In this document: positions 10,765-19,869 of the stretch, in pieces
How positions within the stretch are numbered: the stretch's first letter is position 1
How the letters are laid out: the number at the start of each line of letters is the position of its first letter
Program-made: the position numbers and the translations under genes
The notes under the pieces: model-generated
Told to the model about the DNA's origin: nothing
Database searches by the model: none
The model's input: only the letters and a program-made list of their open reading frames with translations
Assembly (NCBI GenBank): GCA_027622665.1
Contig: JAQBYT010000013.1
Location: 32,555-96,554, forward strand
Origin: Verrucomicrobiota bacterium
GTDB lineage: Bacteria; Verrucomicrobiota; Verrucomicrobiia; Opitutales; Seribacteraceae
Reading direction: 5' to 3'
DNA: 64,000 nucleotides

Positions 10765-11811
10765 ATGGCCAAGTATAACGTAGGAATTATCGGATATGGT
10801 TGGGCTGCCACTGCCCATATCGATGCAATCAACGCCTGTCCCGATGCCGAAGTCGTGGCCATCTACTCCTCCCGCCCGCTCGATGCGGGCGAACTGAAGC
10901 AGCGTTATGGATCCGACATCACGCCTTACCGCGACGTCAAGAAGCTGATTGCGGACGAGAACGTGAACGTGGTGGATATCTGCAGTTATCCCTACCAGCA
11001 CGCAAAGCAAGCCATTGCCGCGGCGGAAGCAGGTAAGCATCTTATCGTTGAAAAACCTTTAGCCCTTTCCTTGAAGGACGTATATGCCATGCAAAAAGCG
11101 GCTCAAAAAGCCGGCGTGGGAACCTGTGTCTGTTTCGAGGCGTGGTTTTCGAACCAGTTTCAGTCCACCAAGGCCATCATCGACAAGGGATTACTCGGTT
11201 CCATTCATTATGGAGAAATCGACTACTACCACGGGGTCGGTCCTTGGTATGGACAGTACCGGTGGAACGTGAAAAAAAGAGCCGGCGGAAGCAGTTTGCT
11301 TTCGGCGGGTTGTCACGCCTTGGATGCGCTTCGTGGTTGTATGGACGGCGAGGTTGTTGAGGTAACTAGTTACGCCACTCAGTCCAGTCATAAGTATTTC
11401 AAGAAGTACGAATACCCGACCACCACCGTTACGATCATGAAGTTCAAAGATGGGAGCGTGGGCAAGACGGCGTCCGTGCTCGACTGTCTGCAACCTTACT
11501 ATTTCCATACTCACTTGGTTGGGAGCAAAGGCAGTTTGCTCGACAACAAACTTCATTGCGAAGAGCTCAAGTCAGACAAGACACAGTGGAGCGAGCTTTC
11601 CATGAAACTGGTGGATTCGGGCGATGTCGCGGATCATCCCTACCAAACCCAGTTCGAGGCCTTTTTCGACGCCATGAACAAGGGGAAGGAGATGCCCCAT
11701 ACCAGTCTCGACGAGGCCGTTCTATCACACGAGATTATTTTCGCGGCCGATCTTTCCGTCAAGAAGGGTGGGCCGGTAAAGATCTCCGAGATTCGCATGA
11801 CGGGTAAGTAA
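10765..11811 (+). CDS. Gfo/Idh/MocA family oxidoreductase (no signal peptide)
   Basis: VGIIGYGWAATAH, GKHLIVEKP, GGSSLLSAGCHALD. Confidence 0.9.
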   Translation: MAKYNVGIIGYGWAATAHIDAINACPDAEVVAIYSSRPLDAGELKQRYGSDITPYRDVKKLIADENVNVVDICSYPYQHAKQAIAAAEAGKHLIVEKPLALSLKDVYAMQKAAQKAGVGTCVCFEAWFSNQFQSTKAIIDKGLLGSIHYGEIDYYHGVGPWYGQYRWNVKKRAGGSSLLSAGCHALDALRGCMDGEVVEVTSYATQSSHKYFKKYEYPTTTVTIMKFKDGSVGKTASVLDCLQPYYFHTHLVGSKGSLLDNKLHCEELKSDKTQWSELSMKLVDSGDVADHPYQTQFEAFFDAMNKGKEMPHTSLDEAVLSHEIIFAADLSVKKGGPVKISEIRMTGK

Positions 11812-11852
11812 GTTTCTGTCGCTGTGAACGCGCTTACTTTTGGCATGTCACC

Positions 11853-12122
11853 GTGCCGTCAAGCACTGGTGTAGGGTTATTCTCATCAAGCCTATTCCTG
11901 TTTCTTAGTCAGTGGAATCTCGCCACCCCCTTGACGCCGGAGATCGTCAGGGGTATGGTAAGGGCCATGATGGGTTGCTGTATTTGCTTTCTTGGAGCTC
12001 TCTCTAATCGACCGTTTGATATTATTCGAGAAGAGTTGTCATCGTGGGAACCGTGGAAGGTGGTGTTGTCGGTGACTTTAGTTTTGGTCATCGCTTCCTT
12101 CGTTCATAAATCCAACCACTAG
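11853..12122 (+). CDS. Small hypothetical membrane protein (start uncertain)
   Basis: 89-aa ORF with hydrophobic segments; fills the intergenic space. Confidence 0.35.
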   Translation: MPSSTGVGLFSSSLFLFLSQWNLATPLTPEIVRGMVRAMMGCCICFLGALSNRPFDIIREELSSWEPWKVVLSVTLVLVIASFVHKSNH

Positions 12123-12159
12123 GTGATGGGCCCGACGGTGCGGTCGTCCTTCGTTCTCC

Positions 12160-12444
12160 TTGACGGTTAAAGATAATTGGGTAGGTTGGGGGGGTATGAT
12201 CAGGCTCGCAACATCTCCCCTTGTTGAGTATTGGCGTAAGATTATCGAGAGCTTCCCCTCGGAATTATCGGAAACCAATTGGTGGGATTGGTTATGGTTT
12301 ACCGCCTTTATCTTTCTCGGTTCGCCCCTCGTGCTAGAAATTTGGAAGGCCGAGAAGAAGGGGCGCAAGGAAGTGATCGGCATCTTCGTCCTGATCGTTA
12401 CCTTCTTCGGCGGTTGGTCTCTGGTGGGTTACTTCACTAGATAG
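12160..12444 (+). CDS. Small hypothetical two-TM membrane protein (start uncertain)
   Basis: Trp-rich TM segment (WWDWLWFTAFIFLGSPLVL), basic loop, second TM segment; stop lies 3 bp from the stop of the convergent gene. Confidence 0.5.
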   Translation: MTVKDNWVGWGGMIRLATSPLVEYWRKIIESFPSELSETNWWDWLWFTAFIFLGSPLVLEIWKAEKKGRKEVIGIFVLIVTFFGGWSLVGYFTR

Positions 12445-12447
12445 TCT

Positions 12448-13863
12448 TTAACCTTCGTGAAAGAACAGCGGGGAGGCGGGAGCGCGTTTACCGCTTCCAT
12501 CTTCTATGAAAAAACTAAGCTCGGCGTCGCCGGTTGCCTCGAAATAGTCGATGCGGATGGGCAGGTAGCCTTTACTGAAGCGGAAGAGACGACCCACGTC
12601 TCGGGCGGGGTGAGGCCCGTCGTTGTCGACTACTACTTGCTCGCCGATGCGGAGTACGCTGCCATCGTCTGAGTTGAGGATGAGGCGGTAGACGCCATCG
12701 GCGGGAATTTTCAGGAAGCCTTCCAGCTTGATGGCGAAGTCGTCTAGTTTGGGTGATCCCATGGCGAGGACGTCGAGTGCCTTGGCTACCCCTTTCTTGA
12801 CCAAGGTCTGCTCGCTTAGGTTGGGGGCGCTGTCGAAACGACCGTGACAAACTTGAAAAAGGAGACCGGGCTTAGGGTCCTTCACCTTTGCAGTGGGTGG
12901 AGCGGGATAGGGGCCGAGTTTGAGGATGATGTCTCGCTTCATCTTGTCTCGTGATACGGTGAGCTTCAATTCATCTCCCGCTTTGTGATCGAGTAGACCG
13001 ACGAGCCAATCGAGGTGTTGGTTGATGGGCTTGCCGCCCACACGAAGGATCAGGTCCCCCGGGCGCAAGTCCAGTTTGGCGGCAGGTGAACCTTTCTTCA
13101 CTTGGGCGACCTCTGCCTTGGCGGCGAGGGGGGCGAGAATCAGACCCGTGGAGAAGCCTTTGCGTACTTCCGGGGCGAAGAGTTCGTCGAGGTTTTGGCG
13201 AACGCGGTCTATGGGGATTGCAAAGTTTATGTTCTCCTCGTCTTGGCTTTTGTTGGAGACGATGGCGACTTGCTCGCCGAGGGCGTTGATTAGCGGACCG
13301 CCCGAGTTGCCTTGGTTGCTGGCGGCGTCGAACTGGACATAGCGATCGCGTACGTCTGCGCTGAAGTAGCGCATGACGAGGGCGTTAGGAGCGGTCAGAA
13401 TGAAGTTGGGAGAACTGACGATTCCGGAGGAATAGACGATGCCGCGGCCACCGGGGTTGCCCGCGCAGAGGATGGGTTCCCCCGTCATGAGATCGTGACT
13501 GCGACCGAGAGTTATCGCGGTAAAGGACTTTGGCGAGCGAACTCGTAATAGACACAAGTCTTTCTCCGGCATGCGCCCGACGATTTGGTAGTTCAGTGGT
13601 TCGTGGTCTCGAAGCAAGACGATTCCGGGCAACCCGGCTACGACGTGGTCGTTGGTCAGGACATACCCATCCTTGTGAATCAAACTGCCGCTCCCCATCG
13701 ATAGCCGACCTTCGCCTTGGCTGAAGACGGCCGCGACAGCAGGTTCCGTCTTGCGGACTGTGCGGACGATCGGCGTAACGCGAAGCGAATCCTCAGGCGG
13801 CACGGCGGGCAGGACGCCCGAACCGAGTACAAACCCAGTAATTATGGCCTTCAGCAGCCGCAT
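12448..13863 (-). CDS. HtrA/DegP-like serine protease with PDZ and C-terminal PA14 domain
   Basis: LTNDHVV, DLCLLRV and GNSGGPL triad; PDZ (GSPAAKLDLRPGDLILRVGG); PA14 (DDFAIKLEGFLKIPADGVYRLILNSDDGS...DNDGPH). Confidence 0.85.
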   Translation of the reverse strand: MRLLKAIITGFVLGSGVLPAVPPEDSLRVTPIVRTVRKTEPAVAAVFSQGEGRLSMGSGSLIHKDGYVLTNDHVVAGLPGIVLLRDHEPLNYQIVGRMPEKDLCLLRVRSPKSFTAITLGRSHDLMTGEPILCAGNPGGRGIVYSSGIVSSPNFILTAPNALVMRYFSADVRDRYVQFDAASNQGNSGGPLINALGEQVAIVSNKSQDEENINFAIPIDRVRQNLDELFAPEVRKGFSTGLILAPLAAKAEVAQVKKGSPAAKLDLRPGDLILRVGGKPINQHLDWLVGLLDHKAGDELKLTVSRDKMKRDIILKLGPYPAPPTAKVKDPKPGLLFQVCHGRFDSAPNLSEQTLVKKGVAKALDVLAMGSPKLDDFAIKLEGFLKIPADGVYRLILNSDDGSVLRIGEQVVVDNDGPHPARDVGRLFRFSKGYLPIRIDYFEATGDAELSFFIEDGSGKRAPASPLFFHEG

Positions 13864-13880
13864 GGTTTGGCGCCTAGGGC

Positions 13881-14525
13881 TTACAGCTCCTTGATGCGGA
13901 TGTTGCGAAAGTGGAGGTTATTCGGTTCCCCGTGATCCTGTAGGGAAATGTAGCCTTCCAAGGGGCGATCTTTCACGGGGGTCTTGTCGAGCTGAATATC
14001 CACGATGTCTTCACCATTTAGGTTTACGTGGAGATGATACCCTTTGCAGGTAAGGATCATCTTGTTCCATTCGCCGGGTTTCTTTGACATGTTCTTGGTC
14101 GCTCCCACCGTGCGGATGATGCCACCGTGATCGTGGTGTCCCATCTTGTCGTCGGGTTTGCCGGCTGAGTCGAGTATCTGACACTCGATTCCCGTTTTTA
14201 CGGGATCCTTTGGATCGCCGATGCGGAAATAGACGCCGCTGTTGCCGCCTTTAGGATACTTGTATTCCACTTGGAGAATGAAATCCTTGTACTTCTTTTC
14301 GGACGTCAGGTAGGCATCGTAGCGTTGCCAACCTTTTTCTCCGGGACGAGGATGGATGAGCAGGGATCCGTCCTTCTGCGGAATCCAGTTGCCCGTGGTA
14401 TTCCAATTGGCGAGATCCTTGCCATTGTAAAGACTGACGAAACCGTCCTTGTCCTTGTGATGTTTAGCAACGAGGGCAGTCGTTAAGAAGATTGCCGAGA
14501 TTATAGTGAGTAATGTTTTTTTCAT
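13881..14525 (-). CDS. DUF1080 family protein, secreted
   Basis: LYNGKDLANW, NSGVYFR, ECQILD, GEWNKM, GYISLQDHG, FRNIRIKEL. Confidence 0.9.
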   Translation of the reverse strand: MKKTLLTIISAIFLTTALVAKHHKDKDGFVSLYNGKDLANWNTTGNWIPQKDGSLLIHPRPGEKGWQRYDAYLTSEKKYKDFILQVEYKYPKGGNSGVYFRIGDPKDPVKTGIECQILDSAGKPDDKMGHHDHGGIIRTVGATKNMSKKPGEWNKMILTCKGYHLHVNLNGEDIVDIQLDKTPVKDRPLEGYISLQDHGEPNNLHFRNIRIKEL

Positions 14526-14544
14526 TTTGAATATGGGTTGCGGG

Positions 14545-15207
14545 CTACTTCTTCTTGATTACGCGAATCTTAAGGTTGCGCCAAGCGACGTCGAAGGGTC
14601 CGCCGTTGCCGACGCCGTGCACTTGCAAACCAATGAAGCCCTTTGGGTGTGTTTTGAGCTTTCCCTCGTCTACGAGGTCAGAAATTTGGTGGTCGTTGAT
14701 CCAAGTCTGAATGCGGGCACCCTCGGCGAGAACTCTATATTTATTCCACTCACCGTCCTTGAAGTGCTTGTGGGGCTTGCGCTTGTCTGCGGGAGTCATC
14801 CATCCGCCGGCTGCCTCACCGTAAAGGTAACCTGATTCGGCTCCCTTATTTCCACTTGCTTCAATTTCCACTTGGGGTCCGTTTACCCGTCCCTTGGGTC
14901 CTCCCTTTGTTTGTGAACGGATTTGCACGCCTGAGTTCAAGTTGTTGTGCACCTTTACCTCAAAGAGAAGTTCGAAGTCGCCGTAGAGTTCGTTCGAGCA
15001 GAGAAACGAGTTAGGGCTTCCTTTCTTGGTCGTGCCGACAATGGTTCCGTCTTTCACCTCGTAGGTGGCGGTGCCGTTGCGCTGGGTCCAACCCTCGAGG
15101 GACTTGCCGTCAAAAATGGAAACGAATTCCTTGGCGTGGTGATCAGCGTTAGCGGAAAGCCCGATCATTAGGACCAAGGCGAGAGAGAGAATGCGGTGCT
15201 TCTTCAT
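14545..15207 (-). CDS. DUF1080 family protein, secreted
   Basis: IFDGKSLEGW, NSGVQIRS, GPQVEIE, GEWNKYRV, GFIGLQVH, WRNLKI. Confidence 0.9.
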   Translation of the reverse strand: MKKHRILSLALVLMIGLSANADHHAKEFVSIFDGKSLEGWTQRNGTATYEVKDGTIVGTTKKGSPNSFLCSNELYGDFELLFEVKVHNNLNSGVQIRSQTKGGPKGRVNGPQVEIEASGNKGAESGYLYGEAAGGWMTPADKRKPHKHFKDGEWNKYRVLAEGARIQTWINDHQISDLVDEGKLKTHPKGFIGLQVHGVGNGGPFDVAWRNLKIRVIKKK

Positions 15208-15328
15208 GGATTAGTGATTGGATAGTGTCTGGATTAATGAGGTGAAATTATGAGTTTAGGCGTTTCATGATAACTTTTGCAAGGCGAGGGTTTGCATATG
15301 TCAAAAAAAGAAATTTCACCATTATGCG

Positions 15329-16738
15329 CTAATGAATTTTGCGCTTCTCTTTTTTGGGTGAGGTTAGTTTCAAGAATCCGATGTTTTCTTCCCCCATTTC
15401 TCCTGCAGTGTCCGAGTCGAGGAAGACGAGAAAACCGCCATCACGGCACAAGGCGATATACTCGGCGGCGTTGTGTCCTTCTTTCGGGGTATGGTAGCTA
15501 TATTCCCACAAGAGATTCCCTTTGTCGTCAGTTCGAACGAGGTAGGCGGCCCATGTGTTGCGTGGATCTTTTCTGTTTCTTACGTTTTCCGGTTCGATCC
15601 CCGAACCGCAGGCTAGGACGAATCTCCCATCCGGGATCGTCTTTACACCATAACACTCGTCAAAGATTTGCCTTGGGTTCCCGCCAAGGGGTCGGTCGAA
15701 AGATTTTTGCCATTTCAGGTCTCCCTTGAGACCCACCTTCACCAGCCATGCATCCCATCCCTCTTTACCGAAGCTCGTCGTGTGACCGTCCAAGACATAG
15801 CCATCGTCAGTCAGGTCCATATCGAAGCACTGGTCGTTTCCTGACCCTCCGTATGTTTTTTGCCACTCCACTCTCCCCTTTGGGTCGAGCTTGATGAGGC
15901 AAGCGTCCTGATGGTCACTGCCTTTGGAGAATCTCCACACCGTGGAGCAAAGAACGAAGCCCCCGTTTTGTACATCGACCTTTACCTTGGTCCCTTGGTT
16001 TACGCTTAGCTGCCTTCGCCAAACTGGTTTCCCTTGGAAATCGGTTTTCATCACGAATCCCTTCGCTTCGTCCGCGATGAAGGGAACTTCTTCCTCTGCG
16101 TAATCGGTGTATCCGGTGACAACGATTCCATCCTTTGCCAAATCGATTCCTCTTATGGCGCCATGCCTTGCGTGTGGGTAGACCCTTGTCCAGACAATCA
16201 TCCCTTTTTTATCCAGTTTTACTATTCCTGCACCTGTCTTCCCACCCTGCGTAAAGGTCCCTCCCAAGTAGTAACCCGTTGAGCTTTCGATGATGCGGCG
16301 TCCTTCCTCATGGCGTTCCTTTTCCCCAACGATGCGTTGCCATTCCAGTTTTCCTTTTCCGTTTGTCTTGATAATAATTGCATGGCAACTGCCTCCGCCT
16401 CTTTCGTTGGTTTTCCCAACCGCGATGAATCCACCGTCTTTCGTCTGCAAGCCATCGAAGACATATTCTCCTTGGTCGGTGCCTTGACCAATTACCCATT
16501 CTACTTTGGGTGCAACTTGCTTTGTCTTTGAGCGGATGTATTCTACTGCAGCAGCATCAAGGTGGAAAATGTCGGTGCCACTGGTCGCCAGAAGGATGGC
16601 GTTGACCGACACCTCGGATTGTTTATTGAGGTGTTTGGCCAAAAGGTGAGAGTTCGCCTTGAACTCATGATCTCCGGAGGCGGAACAGAGCACGACCAAG
16701 GAGAAGCAGATCAAAGATATTTTGTGCATGAAGTTCAA
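15329..16738 (-). CDS. Secreted beta-propeller repeat protein, function unknown
   Basis: Repeating units of the form DGGFIAVG...IIKTNGKGKLEWQRIVG / LIKLDPKGRVEWQKTYGGSGND; signal peptide. Confidence 0.7.
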   Translation of the reverse strand: MNFMHKISLICFSLVVLCSASGDHEFKANSHLLAKHLNKQSEVSVNAILLATSGTDIFHLDAAAVEYIRSKTKQVAPKVEWVIGQGTDQGEYVFDGLQTKDGGFIAVGKTNERGGGSCHAIIIKTNGKGKLEWQRIVGEKERHEEGRRIIESSTGYYLGGTFTQGGKTGAGIVKLDKKGMIVWTRVYPHARHGAIRGIDLAKDGIVVTGYTDYAEEEVPFIADEAKGFVMKTDFQGKPVWRRQLSVNQGTKVKVDVQNGGFVLCSTVWRFSKGSDHQDACLIKLDPKGRVEWQKTYGGSGNDQCFDMDLTDDGYVLDGHTTSFGKEGWDAWLVKVGLKGDLKWQKSFDRPLGGNPRQIFDECYGVKTIPDGRFVLACGSGIEPENVRNRKDPRNTWAAYLVRTDDKGNLLWEYSYHTPKEGHNAAEYIALCRDGGFLVFLDSDTAGEMGEENIGFLKLTSPKKEKRKIH

Positions 16739-16808
16739 TGATCGGAGATCGGCCGGAAAAGATACTTAGGTCTTGATCCGAGGGGAAAGGGAATTGTCAA
16801 GAACGGGT

Positions 16809-17633
16809 CTATTTAGGGACCGCAGGATTCGCCCAGTTCCCGGAGACGTCTTGACCGCGGACCAAGATACCCTTGTGACGCCAGTCGTAGTAGGCTTTCA
16901 CCTCGGTCGCGGCGTAGCGCAGGGTGAGTCCGCAGCGACGTCGATCCGAGCCGTTCGGTTTCGAGCCGTGCAGCAAGAGGTCGCAATGCATGGAGAACTG
17001 ACCGGCTTTCAGGGTGACGTCGACCGAAGGGTCGCCGTGTTTCTCGGGATCTTTCGTCTCCAGGTTGAGCACCGCATGCGGGTCATCCTTTAGCTGGTAG
17101 TCGATAGCCCCGTGCAGGTGTGATCGAGGAATGAATCGCATATTCGCGTTTTCGGGATCCGCATCGTCGATGGCCAACCAGACAGTTACCGTTCGGGCCG
17201 GAGTTATCGGCCAATAGATTGCGTCCTGATGCCAAGGCACTGCTTTGCCGTCACGAGGCAACTTGCAGAAAAAATGGGCTCCCCAACCCACGAGGTTTTC
17301 GCCTAGCAAGTCGGATACGGGGCCGAGAATTGCCGGATGGCTCAAGAGGCGATAAATCCGGGCGAAGCGAAGGTGAGCGGTGCTGATGGAGTAACTGTCT
17401 CTTCCCATGTTTTGAAACGCCTCCAAGGCTCCTTCGAAGAAATTGCGGAGGTCGCGGATCTCACCTTCGTCCAATCCATCGAACGGCATCAGGTAACCGA
17501 ATGTATTGTAGAGATCGATTTGTTCAGGAGTAAGAACTTTAGGATTTTCAGTTTCCGTCGGCACGAAGCAAACCTCGCGATCTAGAGCTTGCAGTTGTTC
17601 GTCGGTGGGATTCGGTATGTCGTCGGGATGCAT
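16809..17633 (-). CDS. Phytanoyl-CoA dioxygenase (PhyH) family Fe/2OG oxygenase
   Basis: FFCK, WHQD, VWLAIDDA, LLHGSKPN, RRCG motifs. Confidence 0.88.
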   Translation of the reverse strand: MHPDDIPNPTDEQLQALDREVCFVPTETENPKVLTPEQIDLYNTFGYLMPFDGLDEGEIRDLRNFFEGALEAFQNMGRDSYSISTAHLRFARIYRLLSHPAILGPVSDLLGENLVGWGAHFFCKLPRDGKAVPWHQDAIYWPITPARTVTVWLAIDDADPENANMRFIPRSHLHGAIDYQLKDDPHAVLNLETKDPEKHGDPSVDVTLKAGQFSMHCDLLLHGSKPNGSDRRRCGLTLRYAATEVKAYYDWRHKGILVRGQDVSGNWANPAVPK

Positions 17634-17649
17634 GGGATCGCCTGTTGCC

Positions 17650-19773
17650 TTACTTCCGAGGTAGCGCGAAGGCGACCCAAGCGTCGCCCTTTGTGGCGGT
17701 TACGCGAACATTGCCGGTTGCAGGTACGACTATGTATTGGCGACCGTTGATCCCGTAGGTAGCGGGTGGAGCGGAACCAACGAAAGGCAGACGGGCGGAC
17801 CACAGTTCTTTGCCCGAGGTTTTGTCGAAGGCCCGTATTTTGTTGTCGGCGGTGCCTGAGCAAAAAACTAGGCCCCCCTTGGTGACCAAGGGTCCGCCGA
17901 AATTGCGCGTGCCGGTCAGCGGCATGCCCTGTGCCGTCAGTTCCTCGTATTCGCCATAGGGGATTTTCCATGCAAGTCTCCCGCTGTTTAGGTCGATGGC
18001 GGAGAGGATGCCCCAAGGCGGCTTTATGCCGGGGTAGCCTTCATGATCGAAGAGCTTGGGGAACCCGCCAAAGCCGTAGCTTGGGCGTTCGGGCCTTGTC
18101 AGTGGTTTCGGGTACTCACGGTCGCGGTCAAACAGGTAGTCCATGAGATCATCAGTTTGCTTTTTGTCGAGTACGGGAAGGGGCGGCATGCTTCCACGAC
18201 CCTTGGGAATGAGATCGCGAACGTCTTGGTCTTTCAGCCGGGAGGACAAGCCGACGATGGAAGGGGCTACACCCACGCCTTGGCGGCTGGGCCCGTGACA
18301 GGCGATGCAGAAAGTTTCGTAGATTTTGCGACCGGCAGTGGATGTCAGTTTAGTCTCGTCGACCGCGGCTCGATCGGTGCGAGTGATCTTAACGATTGAG
18401 GGCAATTCGGTGGCGCTTACGTAGAGGAGTTCACTCTCAGGATCGAAGCAGGCCCCTGTCCACTCGGCGCCCCCATGTGTGCCGGGCATCATGACGATGG
18501 GCATGCCGGGAGCATGGGTCTGGTAGAACCCGAAACGGGCACCCTCTATCTGTTTCAGGACATGAGCTCGGGCTTCGGGCGAGCGGTCGGGAACGTCGTC
18601 ACTGGTGAAGACTTGTCGAATGAAGGATTCGGGCAACTCCGGAGCCGGTTGGTAGGCTGAGGTGAGTTCACCTGGGGTGGGGGAGGTAGGGGCTCTCTTC
18701 AGGCGAAAGGGAAAGAGCGGCTTTCCCGTCACTCGATCGAGCACGAGGGTGTTGCCCATCTTCGTTACCTGAGCGACGGCGTCCACTTTACGACCATTGC
18801 GAGTAACGGTGACGAGGTTGGGTGCGCAGGGGATGTCGAGGTCCCATATGTCGTGTCGTATCTCCTGGAAGTGCCAGATTCTCTTGCCCGTGAGAGCGTC
18901 GATGGCGATCACGCAATTGGCGAACAGATTGAGTCCGCGGTGGGTGTGCCCGAGGAAATTGGGCTTGGGTGAACCAGTGCTGACGTAGGCGATGCCGCGA
19001 TGGGCGTCGAGAGACATGCCACCCCAGCAGTTGGCCCCACTTTCGGGGCGGTCCCAAGTATCATGTCCGAATTCGCCTTCCTCGGGTATGGTGTGAAAAG
19101 TCCAGAGCTTTTCGCCCGTGCGAACGTCGAACCCGAAGACATCCTTGCGGAATCCCGCCAGCACTAGGACGTCCTTAAAAATAGCTCCTGCCGCCCGTAC
19201 CTCCGGCCCCGGCTTGGCGAATAGGACTTTACCATCCTTGGGGCGAAGGGCGTAAAGGTTTTCGCCCGCAGTGAAAAGAATACGACCCTCGTGTTTTTCG
19301 TTCCCTTCCCAGTGAACCATTCCGCGAAAAGCGGGCTGCCCTCCTTTTTCGTTTCGGAAATTCCACAGTTCCTTGCCTGTGGCGGCATCCAGTCCAACCA
19401 TTCGCTTGCCTGGGGTCGGAGTGATCAACACCCCTTGCACCACAATCGGATTGGCTTGTACGTTCGCCTTGCCGTCATCGCTGCGATAAATCCAAGCCAT
19501 CTCAAGATCGGATACGTTATCCAAATTGATTTGATCCAGCAGGGAATAACGGGAGGATGCTGCGTCGCCTTGAGAACGTCGCCAGTCAATGAAGTCCTGT
19601 TTTTTTGGCCACTTTGCCGCAGGTGTCATTTCTTCCGGTTTGGCGGCGGGTATGGTCTTGTAGAGAGGGAGCTTTTCGCGGGCCTTAGCGTCCTCAACCG
19701 CCCAGTAGTCGGGTGGTTTTCCTGTGACGGTAGATACCAAGCTTAGGAGCAATAATGTGAGATTTGTTCTCAT
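17650..19773 (-). CDS. PQQ-dependent (glucose/quinate-type) dehydrogenase with inserted cytochrome c domain
   Basis: SRYSLLDQINLDNVSDLEMAW, GANCWGGMSLD, WHFQEIRHDIWDLD, HGGAEW, CIACH heme motif, KPPWG. Start reassigned to MRTNLTL (19773) because the longer ORF overlaps the divergent sulfatase. Confidence 0.88.
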   Translation of the reverse strand: MRTNLTLLLLSLVSTVTGKPPDYWAVEDAKAREKLPLYKTIPAAKPEEMTPAAKWPKKQDFIDWRRSQGDAASSRYSLLDQINLDNVSDLEMAWIYRSDDGKANVQANPIVVQGVLITPTPGKRMVGLDAATGKELWNFRNEKGGQPAFRGMVHWEGNEKHEGRILFTAGENLYALRPKDGKVLFAKPGPEVRAAGAIFKDVLVLAGFRKDVFGFDVRTGEKLWTFHTIPEEGEFGHDTWDRPESGANCWGGMSLDAHRGIAYVSTGSPKPNFLGHTHRGLNLFANCVIAIDALTGKRIWHFQEIRHDIWDLDIPCAPNLVTVTRNGRKVDAVAQVTKMGNTLVLDRVTGKPLFPFRLKRAPTSPTPGELTSAYQPAPELPESFIRQVFTSDDVPDRSPEARAHVLKQIEGARFGFYQTHAPGMPIVMMPGTHGGAEWTGACFDPESELLYVSATELPSIVKITRTDRAAVDETKLTSTAGRKIYETFCIACHGPSRQGVGVAPSIVGLSSRLKDQDVRDLIPKGRGSMPPLPVLDKKQTDDLMDYLFDRDREYPKPLTRPERPSYGFGGFPKLFDHEGYPGIKPPWGILSAIDLNSGRLAWKIPYGEYEELTAQGMPLTGTRNFGGPLVTKGGLVFCSGTADNKIRAFDKTSGKELWSARLPFVGSAPPATYGINGRQYIVVPATGNVRVTATKGDAWVAFALPRK

Positions 19774-19869
19774 GCTTGAATCGAAGTTGCGGAAACCTAA
19801 GCTGTGGGCAAACCAAATGCGAACTCCTTTCCGCTTGTTTCCCCGGTGCTTTAACGCCACCAATGAGGC

